From NCBI GenBank assembly GCA_039802605.1, contig JBDRWW010000008.1:6108-70107 (forward strand): DNA of 64,000 nt, in the 5' to 3' direction. The position numbers and the translations under genes were made by a program. Position 1 is the stretch's first letter; each line of letters opens with the position of its first letter. The notes beneath the pieces are model-generated. The model worked only from the letters and a program-made list of their open reading frames with translations. It did not search any database and was not told where the DNA came from. Origin of the DNA: a candidate division WOR-3 bacterium. Lineage in GTDB: Bacteria; Hydrothermota; Hydrothermia; LBFQ01. Positions 29,076 to 38,412 of this stretch are shown in pieces.

Positions 29076-29943
29076 TCAAACAGCTTTCTTTATTCTCCTT
29101 TCTGCCAATTTTACATATTCTTCCTCTATCTCGTACCCCACATAATGCCTTTTCGTTTTTATGGCAGCAATAGCTGTTTGGCCACTTCCCATAAAGGGAT
29201 CTAAAACAACCTCACCTTCAAAAGTGTAAAGTTGGATTAATCTATAGGGAAGTTCTACCGGAAAAGGAGCGGGGTGTCCTACCTCTTTGGCCGATACGGC
29301 AGGGAATGTCCAAACGCTTTTTGTGAATTCAAGAAATTCATCTCGTGTAATCGCACTTTTTCTTTTATTTGGATTTTTCCGAGAAAAAGTTCCCTTTGAA
29401 AAAACTAAGATATATTCGTGAATGTCTCTTAATGTCGGATTTGTAGCCGAGCACCAACTTCCCCATGCAGTAGATGGGCTGGCAGAAGGGCCTTTATTCC
29501 ATATAATTTCCCCCCTCATTAAAAATCCCAAGTCTAGCATATCTTTAATGATATACGCGTGAAGGGGAATATATGGTTTCCTGCCCAGATTTGCAACATT
29601 AATACAAACCCTGCCTCCTGGAACAAGTACTCTATAAACCTCTTTCCATACTCTCTTTAAGAATTCAAGATACTCATCAAGTGTTAAATCCCTATCATAC
29701 TCTTTTCCCACATTATAAGGGGGCGAGGTTACAACCTAGCTCGTCCATCTTTTCGGAGGATTTGCAGAAAATCCTGTCAAGAAAATCTGGGGGAATGGGA
29801 TTTTCTACATATTCCACTTTTTGTTCTTTGGGTAATCCTTCGTACAACCTGCTTGAGTAGAATTGGGTAGAATCATGGCTTATCCTACCTGGGGAACCAA
29901 AAGAACTCGTTCTGGTGCCTTTTTTTCTTTTGCTCGTTTTCAT
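29076..29943 (-). pseudogene. Frameshifted beta-class N4/N6 DNA methyltransferase (PF01555-like).
   Basis: The C-terminal part is HPAPFPVELPYRLIQLYTFEGEVVLDPFMGSGQTAIAAI (motif I). Upstream in the same frame, VVTSPPYNVGKEYD (motif IV) follows a TAG. The N-terminal segment ...RIFCKSSEKMDEL sits in another frame (ORF 29713..29943). This implies a 1-nt indel near 29735-29745. Confidence 0.7.
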
Positions 29944-29991
29944 TTTAATATTCCCTCCAATAATCTATCCATCTTTTGTAAGGATTGTAAT

Positions 29992-30526
29992 CTATCTTTG
30001 TTTTCCGCCAGTTGATTCTAGAGCTGATAATGCTTTTCTACTTATTTCTACACCTCTTGGATTTGTACCTGGCTTAGGGAGTTTGATATATTTATTTCTA
30101 CCTATCCTATCAAAAAGTTTCTGTTGTGCCTCTACGGGGATGTAGTAAAAACCTCCTACACCTCCCCAATTAATTTGAACTAATAAAATATCACAGCGTG
30201 GATAATAGGTCTCTCTGAATTCTCTTGCCTTCTGAGTATCCACTAAATCCCTTACCAGTTATTGTTTTAATAGATATTGGTTTGCCAAATAATTTTACAT
30301 CAACCTCAGGTTCTGTAATTGGAATCTCGGTTTCAACATTTTCTTCTCCGAACTTATAGATAAGTAGGGCGATAATTATTCTTTCCCGGAGAGACCCAAC
30401 TTCCATTCCAATTTTTCCCGCCCTTGAACTTTCCAATTCTGCAATTTGAAATAAATATGGCAGCTTATTTTTTATTCTATTTACAAGTTCTTTATCTTCA
30501 AATATTTCTGCTAATCTACTTGACAT
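29992..30526 (-). pseudogene. Putative restriction endonuclease partner, split into two frames (111-aa and 83-aa ORFs overlapping at 30191..30243).
   Basis: Two same-strand ORFs overlap by 53 nt in different frames directly upstream of the methyltransferase. There is a strong AGGAGGA SD before the ATG at 30526. No family motif was recognised, so the endonuclease identity is inferred from context only. Confidence 0.3.
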
Positions 30527-30594
30527 CTTCTATTCCTCCTGTGTGGGGAATGGCGTAATTTATATCCCCCATAAGCCGAATATTATAATCCCGA

Positions 30595-30619
30595 AAGACT
30601 TTTTTGCCTCTTTGCATCA
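30595..30619. repeat. 25-bp direct repeat copy 2, including the reverse gyrase stop codon.
   Basis: Identical to 28981..29005. It begins exactly at the rgy TGA when read on the minus strand. Confidence 0.9.
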
Positions 30620-33600
30620 AAAACTTGAAAATACCTTATACAATTCCCGTAGCGTGTCCATATACTCCTTCTTCCCCTCTTCAATCTCATCCATTTCCTT
30701 TTCCAACTTCCTCGTAAAATCCTCACTAACATATTCATCAAACCGCGACTTTAAAAACCTATAAACGCTTATACCCAACTTTGTCGGGAACAAATACCCC
30801 CTCCTTTCAATCACATAACCCCTTTCAAGTAATGTCTGGACTATCTGGGCGTATGTTGATGGCCTTCCCAATCCCCTCTTCTTCATTTCTTGTATTAATG
30901 TTCCCTGGGTATAGGGTAGGGCTTTTGAAACCTTAGAGAACTTAACACCCTTTATAGTTATATCACCCTTTATTGCGGTTATGTTTTTGAGAACCAGGTT
31001 ATAGCCGTCCTCAACGATTTCCTTAACTATTTCCTCCACATGGGCAAAGCCGTTAAATGTTATTATTAAATCTGCCATTTTAACCTTTGCGGGTTTCATC
31101 TGGGAGGCTATGAACCTGTTAAATATAAGGGAATAAACCCTTAAAGCGTTCTTTGGATCTTCAAGTTGTATGCTGCCTATGTTCAACATTAACCTTAATT
31201 CATCCGGCGTTATGGGTCTTGTGGGCCTTATACATTCATGGGCTCCCCCTTCCCCCCAACTCCTCGGATAAAACATGTCTTCGCCGAACACCTTTTCAAT
31301 ATACACCTTTGCGACGGAATACTTACCCACATCCGAAACCCTCGTTGAATCCGTTCTGTGATATGTAATCACACCGTTTTCAAACAGGTCTTGCAAAACT
31401 TGCATTGTTTTTTGCGCCGATAGTTTGAGTTTTAAACTCGCGTCCTGTAATATCGTATCCGTGGTGTAGGGTGGTGGTGGCGATTTTTCCTCCTCCCATT
31501 CCTTACCCCAAAAAGCCCTAAACCTTTCCGGATGATTTTTCATCTCATAAACAAGGGATTTGTCTTCAACCGTAAAGGAAAAACTTCCAACTTCCGTTTC
31601 AACGATTACTTTATCAATCTTCTTTTTAAACTCGTATGCCCTCTCTATTATCCAACCCAAAACGGGTGTCTGTACCCTTCCCGCCGATAGGTTTTTCCTG
31701 TTATATTTATCCCATAAAATCCTTGAAAGCGTAAAGCCAACCCATCTATCCGCTATCCTCCGGGTTATCTGCGCCTTAACCCTATTAATATTAAACTCTC
31801 TCAGTTCCTCCAAGGATTTCCTAAAAGCCTTTGGCGTTATCTCGTGGAATTCAGCCCTATAAATGTTTTTGTTGTAAGGTGATAAAAGTGCGTATATATC
31901 ATAGGCGATTTTTTCGCCCTCCGCATCGGGGTCCGTTGCCACAAAAACTTCATCCACTTCGTACGATACCCTCCTTAAAGATTCAACAATATCCGCCTTA
32001 TCGTCAATTTCTCCTCCTTCACACGATTTTAACAAATACTCCTTTTCCGTGTGCTGCTCGCCGGTTTTCTTACACCTCTTTATGGTATCATAAATCCCCA
32101 CAAAATCACCATTATTCTCCAAAACCCCAAAGAATCCCCCTTCCGTTTTTAAATCCAATATATGCCCCAAGGAAGCGGTAATGGAGAGTATCCTGTCCCC
32201 AAGCGGAATTTCGTAAAATATTGAGTTTTTAACCGTCCTCATCTGGGGTTTCCCGAAGAAGGAAGCAATTGTTCTTGCCTTATTTGGCGATTCCACTATT
32301 ACCAATGTGGTTTTAAAAACATCCCTCAAATTCCCGGTAATGCCCCCTTTAATCACCCTCTTGGCCATCTCCCTATCCCTATCTATTTCCTCTAAAATCC
32401 CTTTTAAATTTAGCTTATCAAACTCCTGAAAGTCAATATCCATAACATGGAAATAGTAGGTTAGGCGTTTTTTAAGGCTGTTTATGGATTTCTTATCCCA
32501 ATACAAGACCAAACTCAAACCCTTTGTCAAACCCCCGGCAACCAACCTTGATGTTCTACCGCTGGCCTGAATATATGTTGAAACATCCGCCACAGTAATA
32601 TACATCTCCCCGTTTATGTATTCCAAGGATACATCCTCCGATTCGTTTAACTTCTTTATAAAGTTTCTATCTTCAAACTTTTTCGTTATAAAATCGTAAA
32701 TTTCTAAAACCTTTTCCTTTATCTTAGGATATTTATCCAGTTCCTCCGCCTTGATTCCCCCGTATTTACGCAGATATCTAATATATGGCGAAACCCTTAT
32801 CTTTTCATCGTCATCCAAAATGGAATAAATACCCACCAATAGGTTTAATGTATTTGCGGGTGAAGGCTGAACCTTTACGGGGAATACAAACTTTGGAACA
32901 TCCAAGAAAATCGCATATCTTATTATAGCCGGCAAGTCTATACCCCTAACGAGTGGATTACCTATATGTGCCAACCCAACCGCCAAATCAAATTCTCCCC
33001 TCTCCATTTCATCGTATAAATCCTTGGGTTTCTTTTCCGTATAACTCAAAACATTGAATCCCCTTTCCCTTAAAAACTTGACCACCACATCTATAACATC
33101 TTTTCCATACCTTGCGGATACGAACAATAGCCCGCCTTTCCCGATTTTCTCAACAATTTCGGGAATTGTATTCAAGGCATCCTCAAAACCCTTAACCTCT
33201 TTAACGCTATCAACAACATTCCTAACCGTGCTAATAGCCCTTTGTATATCAAACCCCAAAAGTTGCCTAAAAAGCATCACACGTTTGGTTTTCGGTTTAA
33301 GTGTTGCGGATGATATTATTAGAACACCTTTGTGTTTCCTATTCCTTATCTTTTCCAAGGCCTCATAATCTTTTTCCGTTTTGTTATCTTTTAGCGCCAG
33401 TTTGATTTCATCATCCGAGAAACCCAATATATGGAAAATCCCGTCTATGTTTTTTGAGCCCTTTAAAAACGAATCCGTATCATCAACAAAAATAAAATCA
33501 AAATCGTGGTTCTTTATGTTTTCCAAGTTCCTGTGCAAAAACATATTTGTTCCTATAAGGATATCAAAATCGCCGGAAATTATACCCTCCTTTTCCCTTT

Positions 33601-34063
33601 TCCTTCCCCTATACAACACCACTTTTTTATCGTATCCCAACTTGTTTAAAAATTCAACAATCCTATCGTATGCCTGTTCTGCCAATAGTTTTGTGGGGAA
33701 AATCAAAAGGGATCTCTTCGCCAATATGGATATTACTATTCCGAATGTGGTTTTTCCAACACCCGTAGGGGCAACTATTGCAAAAGAATTACCCATAAAA
33801 TACCTTTTAGCCCAAGTTTTCTGTAAAGACCACGGTTCAAAACCTATGCATCTTTTAAACACATCGGAAAAATATACGAGTTTATCTTCAACTTCGCACA
33901 TTTCCTTTAAGCCTTGAACTTTCCCAAAGTTTATCAAATCTTTGCATATGTTATCCGTATATTTGGGTAGGCATTTATAACACGGCAAACCCTTTACCAA
34001 TCTATCATCCGTAATTGGGCCACCACAATTCGGGCAACCGTTGTTTATTATGAAGATACTCAC
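30617..34063 (-). CDS. rgy: Reverse gyrase (N-terminal Zn finger, SF2 helicase-like domain, type IA topoisomerase).
   Basis: The N-terminal finger is CPNCGG...CYKC, Walker A is APTGVGKTT, and the TOPRIM is TLVIVESPNKARTIASFFG, as expected for the type IA topoisomerase core. Length is 1148 aa. Confidence 0.92.
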   Translation of the reverse strand: MSIFIINNGCPNCGGPITDDRLVKGLPCYKCLPKYTDNICKDLINFGKVQGLKEMCEVEDKLVYFSDVFKRCIGFEPWSLQKTWAKRYFMGNSFAIVAPTGVGKTTFGIVISILAKRSLLIFPTKLLAEQAYDRIVEFLNKLGYDKKVVLYRGRKREKEGIISGDFDILIGTNMFLHRNLENIKNHDFDFIFVDDTDSFLKGSKNIDGIFHILGFSDDEIKLALKDNKTEKDYEALEKIRNRKHKGVLIISSATLKPKTKRVMLFRQLLGFDIQRAISTVRNVVDSVKEVKGFEDALNTIPEIVEKIGKGGLLFVSARYGKDVIDVVVKFLRERGFNVLSYTEKKPKDLYDEMERGEFDLAVGLAHIGNPLVRGIDLPAIIRYAIFLDVPKFVFPVKVQPSPANTLNLLVGIYSILDDDEKIRVSPYIRYLRKYGGIKAEELDKYPKIKEKVLEIYDFITKKFEDRNFIKKLNESEDVSLEYINGEMYITVADVSTYIQASGRTSRLVAGGLTKGLSLVLYWDKKSINSLKKRLTYYFHVMDIDFQEFDKLNLKGILEEIDRDREMAKRVIKGGITGNLRDVFKTTLVIVESPNKARTIASFFGKPQMRTVKNSIFYEIPLGDRILSITASLGHILDLKTEGGFFGVLENNGDFVGIYDTIKRCKKTGEQHTEKEYLLKSCEGGEIDDKADIVESLRRVSYEVDEVFVATDPDAEGEKIAYDIYALLSPYNKNIYRAEFHEITPKAFRKSLEELREFNINRVKAQITRRIADRWVGFTLSRILWDKYNRKNLSAGRVQTPVLGWIIERAYEFKKKIDKVIVETEVGSFSFTVEDKSLVYEMKNHPERFRAFWGKEWEEEKSPPPPYTTDTILQDASLKLKLSAQKTMQVLQDLFENGVITYHRTDSTRVSDVGKYSVAKVYIEKVFGEDMFYPRSWGEGGAHECIRPTRPITPDELRLMLNIGSIQLEDPKNALRVYSLIFNRFIASQMKPAKVKMADLIITFNGFAHVEEIVKEIVEDGYNLVLKNITAIKGDITIKGVKFSKVSKALPYTQGTLIQEMKKRGLGRPSTYAQIVQTLLERGYVIERRGYLFPTKLGISVYRFLKSRFDEYVSEDFTRKLEKEMDEIEEGKKEYMDTLRELYKVFSSF

Positions 34064-34071
34064 GGCGGGAA

Positions 34072-34692
34072 TTATAAAGAGGGTAGGGAAAAGACCTTAC
34101 ACTTTATAATACTTTCCCCATCTCCTTCAAAAAACCCTTTACCCAACCTAAATTCTCCCGGAAATGAAATACCGAAAATTTCCCCATTTTCCGAAAAGAA
34201 AACCGCAGAATTTAATGGCAAAAATACCGTTGCAACCTTTAACCCCTTATCCAATAAACCGGTTTCAAGGAGATTTAGTATAACTTCCACTTTCCCCTCA
34301 CCGCTAAAAACTTCATATCCTTTGGTCAAAACCCTTTCAAATATTTCCCTAAATCCACCCGGAAGTAAATCCATTAACCCCTTTTCATCCTTTGGTAAAT
34401 TTTTCCTTATATTCTCTATCATCTCCTCCACTTCCTTTTGATCAATTCCAATAATTGGATACCTTAAATCTTCATCGGATACTGAAAGCTCCTTAATATA
34501 GGCATAAGGCCATTTTGCTATTTCTAAGAGGTTTTTCTTCCCCGCCCCCTGCATTCCCTCAATCCACCATATTTTACCCTTGCCCCCCAAAAACTCGTAA
34601 AAATCCCCATTGGGTCCCCTTAAAAGAAACTTTTTAACCATATCTCCTTGGGATACATCTTTAAGGAAAACTATTGGAGAGTATATCCTCAT
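34072..34692 (-). CDS. Hypothetical protein.
   Basis: A 206-aa ORF. Its ATG overlaps the upstream tatA stop (ATGA). It sits 8 nt upstream of rgy. Confidence 0.4.
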   Translation of the reverse strand: MRIYSPIVFLKDVSQGDMVKKFLLRGPNGDFYEFLGGKGKIWWIEGMQGAGKKNLLEIAKWPYAYIKELSVSDEDLRYPIIGIDQKEVEEMIENIRKNLPKDEKGLMDLLPGGFREIFERVLTKGYEVFSGEGKVEVILNLLETGLLDKGLKVATVFLPLNSAVFFSENGEIFGISFPGEFRLGKGFFEGDGESIIKCKVFSLPSL

Positions 34693-34845
34693 TTGTTTCC
34701 ATCTTCGCCTTCTTCCATAGCCTTTTTAAACTCTCCGATGGCCCTTCCCAAACCCTTTGCCAATTCGGGTAGTTTTGAAGGCCCAAAAATTATTAAAACT
34801 ATTAGAAAAATTATTAAAACCTCTTGAAACCCCAAGTTAAACATT
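34690..34845 (-). CDS. tatA: Twin-arginine translocase TatA/E family protein (second copy, 51 aa).
   Basis: Hand translation gives MFNLGFQEVLIIFLIVLIIFGPSKLPELAKGLGRAIGEFKKAMEEG.... It is below the 60-aa ORF-track threshold. Confidence 0.6.
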
Positions 34846-35043
34846 CTATCCCTCCTTGTTTTCCCTTCCCTTTTCCTTTAATTCTTTTTTCTCCTCTTCG
34901 TCGTATTTACCCTCTGCGGCCTTCTTAAACTCCCTCATGGCCTTACCCATCCCCCGGGCGAGTTCCGGCAACTTTGTTGAACCAAACAAAAGCAGGATAA
35001 TCAGGAATATTACTATTAGTTCTTGAGGTCCAAGCCCAAACAT
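34846..35043 (-). CDS. tatA: Twin-arginine translocase TatA/E family protein.
   Basis: MFGLGPQELIVIFLIILLLFGSTKLPELARGMGKAMREFKKA. Confidence 0.8.
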   Translation of the reverse strand: MFGLGPQELIVIFLIILLLFGSTKLPELARGMGKAMREFKKAAEGKYDEEEKKELKEKGRENKEG

Positions 35044-35055
35044 ATTATTCGTATT

Positions 35056-35952
35056 CTAAGGCTGAAAATAGTGCTTATAGCCCGAAAGTAGTGGCAATAA
35101 TTTTTTGGGAAAGATCTTATAATTAAAACCGGCTAAAAGCCCCAAAACCCTAAAAGCGTTTTCCGCAATGGCATATGGTATCCAAAAGGGGGCATTCTCG
35201 CTTAAATATTCCATCTGCGAAATAATAAACCTTAAAGTATCCCCCCTTCCCCCGTATCCCCTTAACCATTTGTTCTCCGCATAAAATACCCCAATGGAAA
35301 AATATCTCTGAAAGAGCTTAAAAAGGGAATATTCGTGGGCGTGTATAACCCTGGCTTCGGCGTTATACATTATTTTGTATCCCCTTAAAACCAGCTTTGC
35401 TGCAACTATTAAATCCTCGGATAGTATAACCCTTGGAAACCCTCCAACTTCTAAGAGTTTTTCCTTTAAGTATGCGCAGCAAACATTTGAATTTGAGAAG
35501 GTTCTAAGTCCCCATTTTTTAACATCTTCCTTACCCCTTACCTCCGATTGCGGTGGATATGAAAACGATCTGAAAAAAACCTCCGTGGGTCTTGTCCCTT
35601 CTGGTGGTATATGCCGTGCGTATGACAATACAACTTTCCCTTCAACTATTGGTTTTATTAAAACTTCAAGGGTTTTTTCGTTTTCCGGTAGCGCATCCTG
35701 CGAGAAGAAAACCACAATATCCCCTTTTGATAAACCAACACCCAAATTTCTGGTTAATCCGTGATTAAAATCCCTTTCATCAATTGATACAAATACATCG
35801 GCGAGGTTTTTTGCTATTTCCGGGGTTTTATCCGCCGATGAGGAATCTATAACTATAATCTCGGGTTTAACGGTTTGTCCCCTTAACGATAATAGCAGTT
35901 TTTCTATGTATTCTTCGGCATTACGGGTGGGTATAATTACGGAAATCCTCAT
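35056..35952 (-). CDS. Glycosyltransferase family 2.
   Basis: The N-terminal ISVIIPTRNAEEYIEKLLLSL matches the GT-A N-terminal ISVIIPT-type motif. A DxD-like segment is present. Confidence 0.8.
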   Translation of the reverse strand: MRISVIIPTRNAEEYIEKLLLSLRGQTVKPEIIVIDSSSADKTPEIAKNLADVFVSIDERDFNHGLTRNLGVGLSKGDIVVFFSQDALPENEKTLEVLIKPIVEGKVVLSYARHIPPEGTRPTEVFFRSFSYPPQSEVRGKEDVKKWGLRTFSNSNVCCAYLKEKLLEVGGFPRVILSEDLIVAAKLVLRGYKIMYNAEARVIHAHEYSLFKLFQRYFSIGVFYAENKWLRGYGGRGDTLRFIISQMEYLSENAPFWIPYAIAENAFRVLGLLAGFNYKIFPKKLLPLLSGYKHYFQP

Positions 35953-36314
35953 TTAATCTTATTGGGCCTTAAGATTTTAAAACTTTTATCCACATACACA
36001 TGGGTAGTATAACCCTCCGCAAGTTTATCTTCCCCCCTCCAAACCTCATAATAAAACCTGAATTTAATACCCTCTTGTTTGAAATCCACCCTAACCTCTA
36101 TCTCGTCCCCAAAGTATGCGGGTTTTAGATATTTAACATACACCTCTATAACGGGTACAAGTATACCATCCTTTTCCATCTTGTGATAAGGTTTCCCCAT
36201 ATATTCCATAAACGCAACCCTCGCCTCTTCAAAGTATATGACATAGTTTGAATGGTGGACTATCCCCATCTGATCGGTTTCGGCGTATCTAACCCTTATT
36301 TTGTGTTTGAACAT
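35949..36314 (-). CDS. Acyl-CoA thioesterase (4HBT/YbgC-like hotdog fold).
   Basis: VRYAETDQMGIVHHSNYVIYFEEAR. Confidence 0.8.
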   Translation of the reverse strand: MFKHKIRVRYAETDQMGIVHHSNYVIYFEEARVAFMEYMGKPYHKMEKDGILVPVIEVYVKYLKPAYFGDEIEVRVDFKQEGIKFRFYYEVWRGEDKLAEGYTTHVYVDKSFKILRPNKIK

Positions 36315-36657
36315 CTATCAATTGGGATATATTCCCCTCAAGTTTGGCGCCCTCTTCAACCACGAGTATTTTACACCTCAAATCCCCTTTAAATATAGCG
36401 GTGTTTTGAAATTCTAACCTTTCACCTATAATAATATTCGTTATAATCTCCCCCATACATAATAAACTACCGACCTTTATCTCTTGCGAACGAATCTTTC
36501 CATTTTTTCCCAATATCAATTCACCCTTTACATCCAAGTTCCCCTCTATCACACCTTCAACCACACCGCTACCCTCAACACTAATATCCCCCTTTATCAC
36601 GGTTCCTTTTCCCACATAAAGTTCCGTACTACTGAAATCCCTTTTCTTTCTAAACAT
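36289..36657 (-). CDS. Bactofilin.
   Basis: Repetitive beta-helix motifs: VIKGDISVEGSGVVEGVIEGNLDVKGELILGKNGKI. Confidence 0.8.
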   Translation of the reverse strand: MFRKKRDFSSTELYVGKGTVIKGDISVEGSGVVEGVIEGNLDVKGELILGKNGKIRSQEIKVGSLLCMGEIITNIIIGERLEFQNTAIFKGDLRCKILVVEEGAKLEGNISQLIDVQTQNKG

Positions 36658-37121
36658 TAGAACAAACCCCTCCCACCAAATAATAGAATTATCCCTTTAC
36701 TTATTTGCGCCAGTTTATAAACGATTAAAGAGTTTTCAACCGGAAACCTAAACTGGGGTATGGACATCAGCGCCAATCCTATGATTCCAACAAATAGGCT
36801 TGATTCAATTAATGCAAATATCAATCCTCCAACGGGGTCAAGGGTTCCAAACGAAAAGTTCAACTTCAAAATCTGGGCCAAAAATTGTATTCCCTGATGA
36901 ATTATTATAAAAATTATCACAAAGGCAACCATAGACCTGATCTTGGGATCCGAAAAGAACTCCAAACTATTGGAAAAGGATGGGGTTAATATGGAGGCGC
37001 CTATTACGGCAACTATAAGGGCCACCAGTGCCCAAAACTGACTACCAGCCTTTGACCTAAACCCTTGAAAGGCGGAAAACCCTATAAAGGCCAATGCTAC
37101 GATATCTAAGATCCCCGTCAT
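36657..37121 (-). CDS. CvpA family membrane protein.
   Basis: The N-terminus is ILDIVALAFIGFSAFQGFRSK. Four TM helices. Confidence 0.7.
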   Translation of the reverse strand: MTGILDIVALAFIGFSAFQGFRSKAGSQFWALVALIVAVIGASILTPSFSNSLEFFSDPKIRSMVAFVIIFIIIHQGIQFLAQILKLNFSFGTLDPVGGLIFALIESSLFVGIIGLALMSIPQFRFPVENSLIVYKLAQISKGIILLFGGRGLF

Positions 37122-37148
37122 TGAGTGGGAATTATACCTCCGGAAAAT

Positions 37149-38411
37149 TTATTCATTACCCCTTACAAAAAATCCCCTTAAAATCCAAAACATTACAACA
37201 AGCAACGATGAAGCTATGAGGTTGATATTTAAGGCGTTTTCAAACCCCACGAACTTCGCCAAAATGTCGTTCCACAATCCCATAAGTATAACTGTGGATG
37301 TAAATGTTAGGGCATTAACTATATCCTTTAAAATAACAACCCTACCTATGTAATCCGATGTGGAATATTTTTGGAAGACGGTTTCCGCCGCTATAAACCC
37401 GAGAGATGTAAATATACCCCCTATTGCGAATAACGGGGATAGTATAAGCAGGTTTGATGTTAGGGCAATTCCCAATAGGGTTAAACCCAAAACAAAAACC
37501 GAATTCCACAACAACTTATACTCCCTCCCCTTCAATATCCTCCCCGCCAAATACGAACCCAAAAACAAACCCAAACCGTAAATCCCCCCCATCAAACCCA
37601 ACTGGGCGGTACCGGTATGCCATATCTTTTGCAGCTTAACTATACCAAGGATATATGTTATGGCCCCTACATACGATATTAGTGCGGTTGCTATTAACGA
37701 GTAGAGTAGGATTTTTCTCTTTTTAACAAACTTTAACCCTTCGGATATGGAATGTATATAGCTTATCTTAGCCTTTATTTCCGATTGTGGTTTGATATAT
37801 TCGCCATCGCCCTGTATAAATACCAAAAGGATTGCGGATATTAAAAAGCTTAATCCGTCCACGAATAAACCCACCTCCCACCCCTCAAAACCATAGGATT
37901 TCCATAAATACCTATCGGATATGATTCCCCCGAATAGAATACCCAAACCCGTGGCTATTCTACCCCAAAAGCTTAACATACTGTTTAAAACCGCGAGATT
38001 GCTTTTATCACCCGCTATATGAACCACTATTCCGTTTTTTGCGGAATTGAACAAAGCCGTAAAGGTAAAGGTACAAAAAACGATTAAATAAGCCACCCTA
38101 AAATCCTTAAACGATTTAAAGAGAAATATTAGCGAGATTACGAGTAAGGCCCTTGCCAAATCGGAAACTATCATTACGATCTTTCTGTTGAACCTATCCG
38201 TTATTGCCCCGGCAATTGGGCCAAAAAGTACAACGGGTATAACCGTCCAAAAGGCTAAAAAGGAATACTCCGAAGAACCCATTGCATGCGTTCCCAACAA
38301 ACTCAAAATGGCCATGTTGTTTATACGATCCCCAAACTGTGAAACGGCTTGTGAAAATGTAAATAAAAAAATATTACGATTTTTTAGAAGTTTTACCTCC
38401 TGTATGGGCAC
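37149..38411 (-). CDS. MFS transporter.
   Basis: A 12-TM hydrophobic profile. GPIAGAITDRFNRK is an MFS loop 2-3 motif. Confidence 0.7.
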   Translation of the reverse strand: MPIQEVKLLKNRNIFLFTFSQAVSQFGDRINNMAILSLLGTHAMGSSEYSFLAFWTVIPVVLFGPIAGAITDRFNRKIVMIVSDLARALLVISLIFLFKSFKDFRVAYLIVFCTFTFTALFNSAKNGIVVHIAGDKSNLAVLNSMLSFWGRIATGLGILFGGIISDRYLWKSYGFEGWEVGLFVDGLSFLISAILLVFIQGDGEYIKPQSEIKAKISYIHSISEGLKFVKKRKILLYSLIATALISYVGAITYILGIVKLQKIWHTGTAQLGLMGGIYGLGLFLGSYLAGRILKGREYKLLWNSVFVLGLTLLGIALTSNLLILSPLFAIGGIFTSLGFIAAETVFQKYSTSDYIGRVVILKDIVNALTFTSTVILMGLWNDILAKFVGFENALNINLIASSLLVVMFWILRGFFVRGNE

Positions 38412-38412
38412 G

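Noticed and set aside
29713-29943. A 76-aa ORF called as a separate gene.
   Set aside because: It is the N-terminal fragment of the frameshifted beta-class methyltransferase. The TSPPY motif lies in the adjacent frame right after it.
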